Under the pieces are notes generated by a model. The model saw only the letters and a program-made list of their open reading frames with translations, did no database searches and was not told the origin of the DNA. A stretch of 64,000 nt of DNA from Oikopleura dioica (Eukaryota > Animalia > Chordata). Numbering within the stretch: position 1 is the first letter of the stretch; every line of letters begins with the position of its first letter. The stretch is from assembly GCA_907165135.1 (NCBI GenBank), contig OU015568.1, positions 10,726,001-10,790,000 on the forward strand, read 5' to 3'. This document shows positions 1 to 17,180 of the stretch, piece after piece. The position numbers and the translations under genes were made by a program.

Positions 1-99
1 TGGCGGGTACTTGTAAGTTGCCAATTTGCACTTTCACAAACTTGTGGATTATTTATTATGATGAATTACTACCAATTTTATAAAAGAAAACAGTATCAG

Positions 100-1337
100 T
101 GGACATGCAAGAGCTCCTCGGAGGTACTCGAGGATGAACTATCCCAAGCTGACGAGCGATGCCGTCTTTTAGAAGAAAAACTAAACAATATGCGATTAGC
201 ATTCGTCAAAGCCGAGACCGAACGCAACAAAGAGAAAGAAGCAAGAATCCGCTCCGAGCGCGAGAGAATCGCAGCTATTTACGCAAAGACCGAGCAGAAG
301 CAGCAAACGCCTATCAGTATCAACCGCCATGTCTACGAAGTAGCGCCTATCTCTACCAAATTCAACGGTTTCGATTCCGACGAGTCCGAAGTTGAAACTG
401 CCGAAATGCCCCTGACAGTCGACTCCGAAGACAACGAAGAGAACGAGCTTCAGAAAATTTTAAAGCAAAACAGCAAAATAAAGAAAGCACAAAAAACAAA
501 GCGCAAAAATCCCTCCCCACCGACAAAAACGCCGAAAAGCAATGACCGAGAAAAGATGCAATTTCCATTTTGCGCTGGATCAGCAACGAAGAGCCACAAT
601 GTCGGGCTAAACTTGCAAGGTAAACATGAACTTTGATAACATTCTGCGATTTCCTACATGTAAATTATTTGCATATGAATCACTGGACTAATTTACTTTC
701 TCAGAGACTCATTAATATGCGTATCATCTAGGTCTGATGCACCAGGTGAAAACACAATCTTCTCGCAGAGGTCCGCATTATGCAGAGTCTACTAGCAGCA
801 AAACAAGTGCCAAAAGAAAAACTGTTGGAGGCCATGAGCAGAATATGGACATTGCTACTACTAAAGAAATTGGTAAATAGATTTTTCTTATGAAATCTGT
901 GAGTTCTCTTTTTTTCTATCATCTTTCTTTAGAAAATTTGTCGACCCTTCTCTCTGAGCTTCAAAAAGAATTCGCCGACTTAGCGGTCTCCTGCCGCGAA
1001 AAAGAGTAAGTCGTAACGGAAGTTACTGTAAGTTACAGTCTGTAACTAACTCTGTTGTAGCTTAGATTGCGAAGACCTCCAAGATAAACTGAAGGACATG
1101 GAGAAAAAGGGTCAACACATTTTGGTCGTCAAAAAATTGCTAAAACAAAAGAAATCGAAGCAAACAACTAAGGAACAAGGTGCAGTCAATACAGATTGTT
1201 TGAGTGAGATTTATGGGCTGGTTTTTTCAGATTTGCCAAAGAGCATGCAATCATCGCAAAGAAAAGGCGGCGCGCGCCCAGCTCAGAATCGGGCGATTTT
1301 GAGAGAAGTTAGAAAACTTCAGAATGCGATTCAGTAA
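100..1337 (+). CDS. CEP57: CEP57/translokin-like centrosomal protein, 5'-partial, multi-exon
   Basis: LSQADERCRLLEEKLNNMRLAFVKAETER resembles the Cep57 coiled-coil region. Spliced exons give NLSTLLSELQKEFADLAV..DLQDKLKDMEKKGQHI, resembling the microtubule-binding domain, and end QNRAILREVRKLQNAIQ*. GT-AG introns join the exons in frame. Confidence 0.7.
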
Positions 1338-1756
1338 GATCAGTGCTTTCAAGCCGCCATTTCTAGCGCTTCTTTTTAGTTCTGACCAAGTGCTATAAAA
1401 TCGGCGAAAGCGGCAAATTCCCATCATAACATCAACTAACAACGAATTAAACCATTCCTGCCTCTCTCGAATTGTAACAGAACTAACTATCCCTGTATCA
1501 TATTTCTGAGTTCATTCGATTTCCTTTTTATATTTTTCTACAATTCACTCTAATCTCTAAAGCAGCAAGTTGCTGCCAGCAACTAATTTTATACGCACTT
1601 TACATTCCCCTCTTTCGGGCTTTACGTTTTGTTTTCTTTCACATTCCCATAGAAAATCTACGAAATCACATTTTCCTTTCTTACTTTGTTCATAAGGTTC
1701 ATATTTTTATTTTTGACTTGTTGTGACTTACACTCATCGCTATTAGATCTAGATTC

Positions 1757-2459
1757 ATGGGAAAACCCATCCGAGTTGTTGTCGCAGGAGGGCCGAGTTG
1801 TGGGAAGACTTCGATGCTCGAGCGCTTGATTTACAATAACTACGATCCCGATAAGAAAATGTTCCCAACGCAGGAGGACATTTATCTGGGGCAAATCGAC
1901 GTGCGGAATAGAATGGAGACCTTGCACATCCACGACACCAGCGGCGAGGAATGGATCAAAACCGCCTCTCCGCCGCGCCACTTGTGCTACTACGGCGAGG
2001 GATTCCTTCTCGTCTACGACATTACCTCCGAAGACAGTTTTAATCAAGTCAAAAAGATCAAAAAGAAATCGAAAAAGAGCTCAACAAGACTTCGCCCACA
2101 CTTCCTATGTGCGTGGCTGCCATGAAGTGTGACATGGAGGAAAAGGTACTCAAAGAAACTTGGAAACCCCGAAAAGGGAAAAACAATAGATGAGGGTAAC
2201 TTTAAATAATTTGACCTTTCAGCGCGCTGTTGACGTACGAGTAGCCGAGTCGTGGGCGATGACTGAAAAAGTCAAACATTTCAATGTATCCGTGATGAAC
2301 AGGGGTGAACTTGCCGAGCCACTTTGTAAGCAGAGAATTTTAAAATCAAATCACAAACTGAACCTTTCTTTTCCAGCGTATCTCGCATCAAGACTCGCCG
2401 TTCAATCCCAGAAAAGCTCGTTTTTATCGAGAAGGCCCGTGGTCGAAGAAGAAATCTAA
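1757..2459 (+). CDS. NKIRAS1: kappaB-Ras small GTPase with an apparent 1-nt frameshift near 2060
   Basis: MGKPIRVVVAGGPSCGKTSMLERLIY..TQEDIY..LHIHDTSG..GFLLVY; C-terminus YLASRLAVQSQKSSF. The G4-like MKCD lies in a shifted frame. Introns at 2146-2222 and about 2326-2377. Confidence 0.8.
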
Positions 2460-2550
2460 AACAAAACCAGCAAACAATACTTACCTTGAACTCATTTTTG
2501 TGCAATAATTCAGATATTTTAGAAAGACTAAAAATATTTCATCTTTTTCA

Positions 2551-5948
<3,398 letters not shown>

Positions 5949-6729
5949 GAAGTGGTTTTCTCAACCACTCTGGCCGGCTTCTTTTCATTCTTCGCGAGCA
6001 ATATTTCCCCAACTAAATGGTGCGGTGACAAAACAACGATTTCGGACAGCGCACGAAAAAACGTTTTTCCGCTTTCCCGTTTTCTAAAATTCCTTTTCAA
6101 CAAAAATAATGTCTGCAAACTTCAACATTGTCTTCAATTACTATCATTAATTATTTATTGTTTGTACCATACAAATCACAACCATCCAGCCAATATCCTT
6201 GGATCTCCTCGATAACATATTTTATTCTTTTTTTGCCAATGTAAAATAGCACTGGCCGACTTTATAAATACATTCATTGTTCTTCTGTAAAGCTTCAGTT
6301 CTTTTGAGGTCCTTTCAATAATATTTTTTCTTATAATCAAGACTGAATATCTCCAAATACTTTAAATTCTCTATGTTTCGGCATTTGTTGTGAAGGAGCG
6401 CGAATAATTTGCATGGATGAGCTTTCCCATTCAAAATTTCAAAGTTCACTAGATTTGCCGTGAACTGATTCCCTAATGTTCCGTGCAAGTAAATAACCAT
6501 TTCTTATTTTTACTAAAGTGCCCCTAATTCTAAATAAACCCAGCCTCTTCAGCTTGTTCAAAAACCCTTGATTGTTCTTTACTCTAATTTTATAGAAAAA
6601 TATAAGCGAGCGTATTCTCTACGTTTATGCTTTATCATCTCATTTACTCACGCTCAAAGTCAAGTTCAAGACGAATTATAACTGATTGAATATTCTTCTA
6701 ATTAACGTTTCAAAATTTAACTCCCAGAA

Positions 6730-8118
6730 ATGTCATCGGACGCAAAAGACATTCTTGGAGGGCTTGTTGTGCCTTCCTCGCAACCGAAAGAACCAAAAAG
6801 GTTGTAAATTTTAACAATTACAGGGGAACAAACTTTGATTCAGGACGAAGAAGAGAAAACGCCCAGATGGAATGTCAAACGAAGTATTTGGCCTGTTAGG
6901 ATTTTCTGACAACGATCCAGTCACACTTATTCCAACAAACGCAGCAAACGGGGGCTACAAAGAACGCCCCAAACTTTGGCGAAAGCAATGTCGTGAATGG
7001 GTACTCAAAGACTGCTCTGTTCCAGGGCGAAAAGACGGATTCACGATTAAAACTTGGGTGCCAAAGAACTCAGATGTCTCAAAGACTTTGCCAGACTTCA
7101 ATCTTAATAAAATCACCATTCCTCGAAATAATAAGGTAGTGGCGGGTCCATTTCTGTTAAAGAAATCTGATGTAGATATCACACTGCGAAGGAACATGGA
7201 CAAAAGATGAGACAGAGTACATGCTCGATCTATGTGAAATGTTCGATTGTCGGTTTATTATCGTTGCTGATCGCTACGACTGGAAAGTCGATGGCAAGAA
7301 TGTTGAGCGCTCCGTCGAAGACATAAAAGAGAGATATTACAAAGTCACTGATCATACTATCACGCTCAGGTTTCAATTAAGACTGTTTCTCTTTGTATAG
7401 CAGGTTTCTAGTGATGATATAAAGCGAACTTATGTCTACGATGCTGAGCATGAGCGACGTCGAAAAGAGCAGCTAGATATCATCTACCGTCGCTCAAGAG
7501 AAGAAATTGAAGAGCAAGATCGTCTCATTGAAGAGCGCAAACGCATCGAGCATAAACGCAAGCTCAAAGAGAAAAAAGAGGCTGACAAGAAGTCAAAAAA
7601 AGCTGCGGCACTTGCGAAAACGCCGTTAGGAATCAAATCCAATTCTGGCCGTGCATCACCTCAAATGATCGATGAAAGCGAAATTGGTTTGAGAGCTCCC
7701 GACTTTGGCATTAAATTCCCAGAACTAAAACCTGGCATTTCTCTGCGAAGTAAAATCATGATTCTCCCGGCGAGTAATCGCAAGAAACGGACAGACATCA
7801 TTGAGACTGCAATCAAAGGCTTTGGACTTCCAACACATCCGATTCCAACCGAAGAAGTCACGACTAAATTTAACATGTTGCGATCTGATATTTTGAAACT
7901 GCACGATGTCAGACAAGCATTCCAGCATACTGAGTGCGAGCTTGTTGCACTTATCAAGAAATTTACCGAAACCTGTCCAGGCTCTCCGCTTCCTAAAGGA
8001 GTTGAATCAATAGGTTGGTGAAGAAATTTTTTGTTTGTTATTTATTTTTTTAGAAACACTAAAACGATCACTCAGCAGCCCGACAAATCCTACACCTAGC
8101 AAAAAGCATAAATCCTGA
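6730..8118 (+). CDS. DMAP1: DNA methyltransferase 1-associated protein 1 (Swc4/Eaf2; NuA4/SWR1 subunit)
   Basis: KRPDGMSNEVFGLL; PGRKDG; SANT-like WTKDETEYMLDLCEMFDCRFIIVADRY..RSVEDIKERYY; YDAEHERRRKEQL; LRSDILKLHD. Confidence 0.9.
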
Positions 8119-8430
8119 ATCCAAACATGTTCTATTTCTTGCAATAAACCTGCCGACTTTAGTCTAATGATAACAGCTGAAGCGAATTGAAATCTTCAGT
8201 TTAACTTTTGAAAAATTTGATGAATAGGCTATTCAGAATAGCGCCTTGTTAAATTCTTACCGATGCATTTTTTGGTATTTTTCTGCATGTGTGTAATGAA
8301 TGAAAGAAAGAGATTTAGTCCTGGTAGTTTGAGGATGTTAATTTTCTTTTTATTTACGATATAAAAATGTACAGATAAATAAGTGACAGTAAATGGCAGT
8401 GGAGTGAAGACAAACTAATCATAACTCCTC

Positions 8431-10621
<2,191 letters not shown>

Positions 10622-11258
10622 GTTGCTTCAAAGTTGCGTTGAAATGATAACTCGACGAAAAAGTCAGAAGAAAACTGTTCGGTTTTTTCCTCGTTTGAAG
10701 AAAAATCGAATGATGCGATTTTGCGCGCGCTTTCTCTATTTATACCGAGCGCGGTGGATTCTTCTGATTGGGTGTCTCTTTTCTAACTGAAAAAAAATTC
10801 CACGAAATGGAAAACTGATGAACCGAAAAACCTTTTGTTGCCGATTCGCCAAGTTCAATTCTAAATAAGGAAATGCGAATTTTCACCGACGTAAAAATCT
10901 CTTATTTTTGACTTTGACGCGCACCTGGCCCCGGCGAAAACGCTGAAAACAACACTCAATCTCGAAAATAAAATTTGGAAAACTCTAGAAAAAGGAGGCT
11001 TTTATCCGCAACAAACAGTAACGGGAGTAGCAAATCAATTAACATCAGTTAGACTAAGATTTTTTCGAAAACGCATCTTTTAAAAAGGTAGAATCTTGCA
11101 TACACCTGGATTTATTTTATGCAAAGAAATCGTAACAACTTGAATTTGTTCCTTTTGAAGCTGAAATTTATTTTCACGCCATGTTTTTATAGAATAGGTA
11201 TTTGGCAGTATCATTAATTGAATTAATTTAATTGTAAATAATTATTGAGAAAGTGTCT

Positions 11259-11629
11259 CTAATTCTGTCTCCATGTTGTTCTGAGACTTCCAATGAAGGC
11301 GGAGAGTGAATTGTCTTCGAGACGTTGAAGGGCTTCTTCTCGCTTGCTCTCGTTCCAGTACTTCCAGCGCTGAGTGATTGTTCGAAACTGCTCGTATCTC
11401 TGCATTGTCAGTACGATTGACTCGCAGTCTTCGAATCGCATGCCGGCCGAGGTTGAAACAATCCTCTCTTTTTGGATTCGTACCCGCTGCTCTTGCTCTC
11501 CGGGAGGACCGACTTGTAAAGCAATTATTCAGGAATGAAGAGTTGGGAAAACTTACCGTGAACGACGTTGATTTTGATCTTCATGATTTCATTTCGATCG
11601 TACTCGTTGTGAATGTAGAAAACTGTCAT
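11259..11629 (-). CDS. Small two-exon protein of unknown function (about 107 aa)
   Basis: ATG at 11629. A GTAAG..TTTACAAG intron joins MTVFYIHNEYDRNEIMKIKINVVH to VGPPGEQEQRVRIQKER..RTTWRQN* in frame. No family recognised. Confidence 0.6.
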
Positions 11630-12211
11630 GTCGTTGATTTATAGAAAACTTGTGTTTTTCGTGTGTTGCTCAAATTTTTATGTTTTTGGCAATGAATGGT
11701 GAAATTTTCGAATTTCCATTGGAAATTTTCTAATGGTAGCGCCATCATGTGGGCACCCTGCGCTAAAAATAGATCTCCCGGGGAGCCATCGCTCGGCTGC
11801 GATTGATGAGTTAGTTAGTTGATTCCCAGGTGGCGTCAGCAGAAGCGCGAAACTAACGCAATTCTGGCAAAACCTCCAAAGCTCAGATAACGCGATCATC
11901 AACCTTGACAACAGAGTCACAGGAGACATGAGTCCAGTATCTGGGTTCAACCAATCTCAAGTTGAAGAAAAGAATCTTTATTGCACTGAATTGTCATTGG
12001 CACTGTCAATAATTAAAAAAATATTCTAAAGAATTGACCGAGTTAACAGCATTAACGGAAAATTGATCCCTAATTCCTCATATTTCTGTCTTCACCTCAG
12101 AGATAATCACTTACTTTAACGCTCACTTAGTATAGTTGGTAGAATCAGTATTTATTACAAAAGTTTCCACAAGTTAATTACAAAATAAGAGTGCAGTTAA
12201 TCTTCACAGCA

Positions 12212-12694
12212 CTAGTCTTCGCGTCTTCTTTTCTTCCCTCTTTTAGGTCGAAGATCTAAGTCTTCAATCAAGCACTCAAAATCAGCTGAGCTGAGATTCG
12301 TTGTTGCGATGTGTTTGTCAAACCAGCAAATCAGATCCAAAAATATCCCTCTTACATCGACGTCTATTTCTATGCCTTCGTCAGGTGACTTGAGAAGAAG
12401 ACCTTTCTCTTTTTCTTTTTGAAGAAAAGGCACCATTCGGGAAAAGCTTACAAGAACACCATACATGTCCATTGAAATGATAGTTTTTCTGTCTTGAACC
12501 AGTTTTACACCTTTCCGATTACTTCGGTAGACTTTCTTGCGAACTTCCACTAAATATCGCTCTTCAGGCAAGTCTTCTTGGCGCATCCCAGCAAATTGTC
12601 GCTTGATCAACTTGAAGTTCCATAAGATTAGCTTGTTCCTCTTTGCCGGTTGGATTTTCGGTTTTCTGTCTTGATCGGCTTGCAAATTGTTCAT
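12212..12694 (-). CDS. Intronless ORF of unknown function (160 aa) with basic NLS-like C-terminus
   Basis: Open frame from MNNLQADQDRK to LRPKRGKKRRRED*. No recognisable domain. Confidence 0.5.
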   Translation of the reverse strand: MNNLQADQDRKPKIQPAKRNKLILWNFKLIKRQFAGMRQEDLPEERYLVEVRKKVYRSNRKGVKLVQDRKTIISMDMYGVLVSFSRMVPFLQKEKEKGLLLKSPDEGIEIDVDVRGIFLDLICWFDKHIATTNLSSADFECLIEDLDLRPKRGKKRRRED

Positions 12695-13028
12695 TTTTAT
12701 CTCTTTCCTTCCGCGAGAAATTTCGATGATTTCGTAAGAGCAGAAACCTTTGAATTTAAATAGCAGGAAGAAGAGCGACATCAGGTCGAGTTTACGGAGC
12801 ACATTTCGTAAATAATAGGTCGTTCGTGCTCTATTTCTCCACGACCACTTTTGATGAATTCAGGCCAATGTTCCACTAGCAAATCTTCTGTGCTATCCTT
12901 TGGTGATTTTAATCAGGGATCTCCTTTTTCCAAATTTAATGTTAGCAAATACCGTCAGCTGCGTGAAAATCAAACCAATCCAAGACAAATAACAACAAGA
13001 ACTTCATTTCCATAAAGATATTCCTTCA

Positions 13029-15038
13029 ATGAATCTCTTTTTATTGTTTTCGCTTGTCAATTGTGAGAGAGGCTGGAATCATCGAATCATTACAGGTTGA
13101 TAGATACGGTATAAACTTTCTCGTTTAAAAATATTTCGAAGATAATGCTGGAACAATATCGACTCCCAATTTTGACTACGGACGGCATAACTACCCAGCT
13201 TATTCGAGAGAAAGCTGGTTGATCAAATCTGGATCTCCAAGACATCATGTTCTTCTCCAATTTACCAGCTATTTTGCCATCGAGGGTGACTATTTATTCA
13301 TCCCTTCATTTCATAAACAATCCATCCATATTAACACTCATCGAAAATAATAAAATAATTTTTCACCCATTTTCTGGCATAGAAGACAGCAGTAACTGTA
13401 TCTCCGACTCTCTGAAGATTTACGATGGAACTAATTCTTCTTCGCCACTGCTGGGAGTTTACTGCGGAGTTCAACGACCGCCCTCAACAATTTCGTCGGG
13501 GTCGAATCTTTTCGTTGTTTTTTCGAGTGATTCGAGCGCCGAGGAGATCGGATTTCAAGCTCATTTCAAGGGAATAACGTGAGTACGTTTTTTTGTTGAT
13601 AAAATTAAGATCATTAAGAATGGAGCAATCAAATATCAACCCAATGGTTAAATGTGGTGAATACATAACTGCAGATGAAGGAGTCTTTTACAGTCCCGGA
13701 TATCCAAATTTCTACGATGTGAATCTTATCTGCATGTGGAGACTGACTGTGAATGTCGGAAAAGCAATTCAGCTTACTCTTCGATATTTGGGTAATCTCA
13801 AAAGCTTCTCTTTTTATTGTCGTTTCAATAGATATCGAAAACAGTAAGTACTGCTCCCGCGACTCTCTAACAATCGCTACCGTACAAAATGAAACCGTCG
13901 AAAACGGTCTCGAAACCAAACATCTGAGACACCTCTGCGGAAAAGACAATAATCACGTGCAAATCGACACTGATAGTAACGACGTACTCATCATTTTTAC
14001 AAGCGATCATGTCTCGTCTAAATCCGGCTTTGAAATTTACCACACTACGGGTTACGCGCAGACTGCTTGCCCAAGCTTGACAAAATTGAACGAAACAGAG
14101 GGAACGATAGTTACTGCCGTCGTTGACGATGAATATGACAAAATGCTACATTGGTAAAAATTGTTAGAAAAAAGTAATGATGAGTTCTAGCTCGTATCTT
14201 ATCGAGGCCGATCCATTCAACGTGGTTGAAATTTATGTCGACGGGCTAATCTCGTCTCCCGATTGCTTGCAAGACAATTTGAGTGTCTTCGATGGCGACA
14301 CCGATCATCATCGAAATATCGCTACAGTTTGTGGGTCAAGGACTTCGAAGGTCTTCACGACAACGCAGGATAAAGCCCTAGTCGTTTGGCACCTTGGTAA
14401 GTCGATTTGAAAAAGGACTGTATCAAAGAAACGCTTCAAGACCTTCCCGACTCGACGAAAAAGGCTCAGTTCACATTTCGTCAAAAACCAAATCCATTCA
14501 AAAGCGACTTAGTTGAGATTCCAAAGCCAACGTTATCGACAACGACTCCAAAACAAACATTTCCCGACAAATCGCACGTTACTTGTACCGAGTGCATGCA
14601 CAACGTTACTCGGGTGGACTCCAACATTTGCCATAAAAACTACATTTTCGAAGGGCAGGTTAAAATGCCCATCAGAAAATCTGGCGATCTATGGTACACC
14701 CGGGTAAAGGTCCTTGACAATTTCAAAACTGGAGAAATATCAATTGAAAAGCGAGATATTTAAATACGAATAAGGCATGATTATTGATGATGTTATATTC
14801 GCAAATCGTCAAAATATCCGTTATAAAGAAAACTACTTCGAAAGGATCCTCTGCCACGACAAAAGTTTTCCTGACCTGCAACCTTTGCCCTAAACTTCAA
14901 AGAAGAAAAACGTACATTTTCACGGGAAGAAATCTCCACTCATCGTCAAAACATGGAAACGCTCTTCTTTATCCGAAAATAACACAATCAGATTATATAT
15001 TGCCGAGAATAAGGAACAGGTTTTCAGAAAAAGAGTAA
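13029..15038 (+). CDS. Secreted 3xCUB + NTR (netrin/C345C) protein, PCOLCE-like
   Basis: Signal peptide MNLFLLFSLVNC. Three CUB-like units (DSLKIYDG..LLGVYCG..SGSNLFVVFSSD; CGEYITADEGVFYSPGYP..; DNLSVFDG..IATVCG). A Thr/Pro linker is followed by C..IC..YIFEGQV..CPKLQRRKTYIFTG (NTR-like). Confidence 0.75.
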
Positions 15039-15066
15039 GATAAAAATGTGCATTCGATAATTTGGT

Positions 15067-15362
15067 CTACTGATTGAAAGCCGAAACTCCTCGGTGGCCA
15101 GTGCTTATTGTCTAAAAAAGAATTTCGATTGCAAAGTCGCAAGAATGCGAGTACCTGAATCAGTTGATGCAACTTTCGAGGTGTGTCAGCTTTGAGGATC
15201 ACTTTTTGCTGACTTTGTCCGCAACCTTTGCAGCTGAATCGAGGAGTCCTCGAAGCTGGATGAGATTGAAATTTCTGAAAGCAAAAAATATCTCTGGGGA
15301 GCTTTTTCGAGAGTACTTACATTACATGAAGTACATTTGAGTAAGAAATGAAGATGATGCAT
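15067..15362 (-). CDS. MRNIP: MRN complex-interacting protein-like zinc-ribbon microprotein (68 aa, 3 exons)
   Basis: Exons 15362-15321, 15274-15155 and 15111-15067 join through 46 and 43 nt GT-AG introns to give LLKCTSCNKFQSHPASRTPRFSCKGCGQSQ, matching the CxxC-FQxH-CxxC N-terminus of MRNIP/C5orf45. Confidence 0.65.
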
Positions 15363-15830
15363 CTCTGCAACCTGTCAGTAGAAACCGATAATAAAGGCCG
15401 TTTTTTATTTATGATATGATAAAATTCTAGAAAACCTTCCTAAGTCGCCCGGATATAAACGCACTTCAGTTGGAGAAGATCAAATCGTTCTTGAATGACA
15501 AAAGTTGCAATCCATAGTTATATCATACTTTTTTACGATCAATTTTATTGAATAAAGTACCAAGAAAATGGACTCTAAATACGACGACGTTTTTATGAAA
15601 AACAGTGGATAGTTTGTAAAAAAGCATAAAAGACCGTCTAATTATTTGTAATTCATGGTGGCTCTTGTTAAGGCACTTCGTTTACAGCAAATAACTCGTG
15701 CATGTGCACTTAACTTAAGTTTATGTTTCTTATACCATAGGTATGTTTATCCTTGACAAAAGGTGAGATTAGTGGTCACATGTATGCGTGCGTAGCACCG
15801 CCACCGTCTGGTTCACCTCTGAAATCGCTG

Positions 15831-15837
15831 TATAAAA
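15831..15837 (+). promoter_or_regulatory. TATA box
   Basis: TATAAAA 46 bp upstream of the ATG at 15877. Confidence 0.5.
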
Positions 15838-15876
15838 CGAAACGTAAAACTACGCTTTCCAAAAAAAAAACTGAAT

Positions 15877-16331
15877 ATGAAGTTTTCTCTTGCCCTTTTT
15901 GCCGCTGCTTCCGCTGAGCTCCCACAGGAGTTCTATGAACGTCGACTAGTCATCGTCTCCCACTTTGAAGTAAGTACATGATTTTAGAAATTATTACTCC
16001 TTATCGTGTTTAGAGACTTAGAGACGCAACACTCGATCTTGCCAATAACAAGAAGGATGCAAGATACTACAACAAGTTTAACGACTGGCTTGTTTTCATT
16101 GATGGTGCCAGAAACGAGGACGGCACTCGATGCGGCGAGGAAGTCGATGATGCCGATGACATTCAAGTCTTCAGCGCCGATGACTACTGCAAGTTGAATT
16201 CTCAGCTGAACTCCGCCATGTCCTCTCTTGCTCGACAATGGGCTTGCAATGGCCGAGGTAACGTTGCCCGACAGGCCGTTCGACGACTCAAGAAGCTCAA
16301 AAACCAGTACGCCCGACGACACTGCGCATAA
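15877..16331 (+). CDS. Small secreted 4-Cys protein of unknown function
   Basis: Signal peptide MKFSLALFAAASA. One GT-AG intron. Continues RLRDATLDLANNKKDARYY..CGEEVDDADDIQVFSADDYCKLNSQ..WACNGRG..RRHCA*. AATAAA at about 16411. Confidence 0.75.
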
Positions 16332-16575
16332 CTTTGCAACTGTCTCCGCGGCCTGCTTACATAGTGTAAAAGTCTGTTACACTGTAAGCCTTTTTTCGTA
16401 TTTCTGCGAAAATAAATCAAAAAACAAAATTAGTAGCCTTATACCAATGCAGGATAGAATAAGCACTAACAAATGTGGAGATAGAACTTTTTTTATTGAG
16501 CGCTCTGTGGCATGAATAAATAGTGAACTCTGAGAAAGAACATGTTACATGTAGATTCAGAATTTACGATTCCGC

Positions 16576-16923
16576 TTATCCAGAGGTGAAAGGATATGGG
16601 AGCTGGAACTGGCCGAAGTAGTTGTTGATGACCTTGATGTCCTAGAAAACAAGGTTTAGATGAGCAAGAAGGTAGAAATGGTACCTCATAGTCCATTGGA
16701 GTGTAGCTTCGTCCAACGACTCGTCGAAGGTTGTAGGCGACGAACCAGGCGTAGAAAGCGACGAGAACGGCGTCTGAGAGAACTATCAGCCAGAAAGTAC
16801 TGTTAATGCTTTACCGTAAGCAGTAGAAACTTCAGCTTCGACTGGGACAATCTTGGTACTGGCGTTTCGGACCATAGGTCGGGCAAGTCGGGGAGCAACG
16901 CGGGTAGCAAGACGACCGAACAT
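16576..16923 (-). CDS. Small single-pass protein with mitochondrial presequence (about 87 aa, 3 exons)
   Basis: Arg-rich, acid-free N-terminus MFGRLATRVAPRLARPMVRNAS; hydrophobic AVLVAFYAWFVAY; ends YFGQFQLPYPFTSG*. Two GT-AG introns join in frame. Confidence 0.7.
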
Positions 16924-17180
16924 CCTAAATCACAAAAACGACTAATTTATGAACTTCTACAAGAATTTTCATTGAGAATTGAATCAGAAAGGCGGCCATT
17001 TCAGGCAGCAAAAACAAGAAGGAAAAGGATTAGAACATGAATAGTTAGAGGGAAAGAGTTGTGAATATCGTGGGAAGTTGAAGAGTTTTGATCGGTTGAA
17101 AAGTCAATTTTCAACAGCAGTTTTAAACGTATTGCAATGGGACTGTAGTGAAATTGAATGGAAACAAGGATTAGAGCTGT

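Noticed and set aside
1010-1050. Nested GTAAC/GTTAC palindromes in a CEP57 intron
   Set aside because: Short, low complexity and single copy. No function can be supported.
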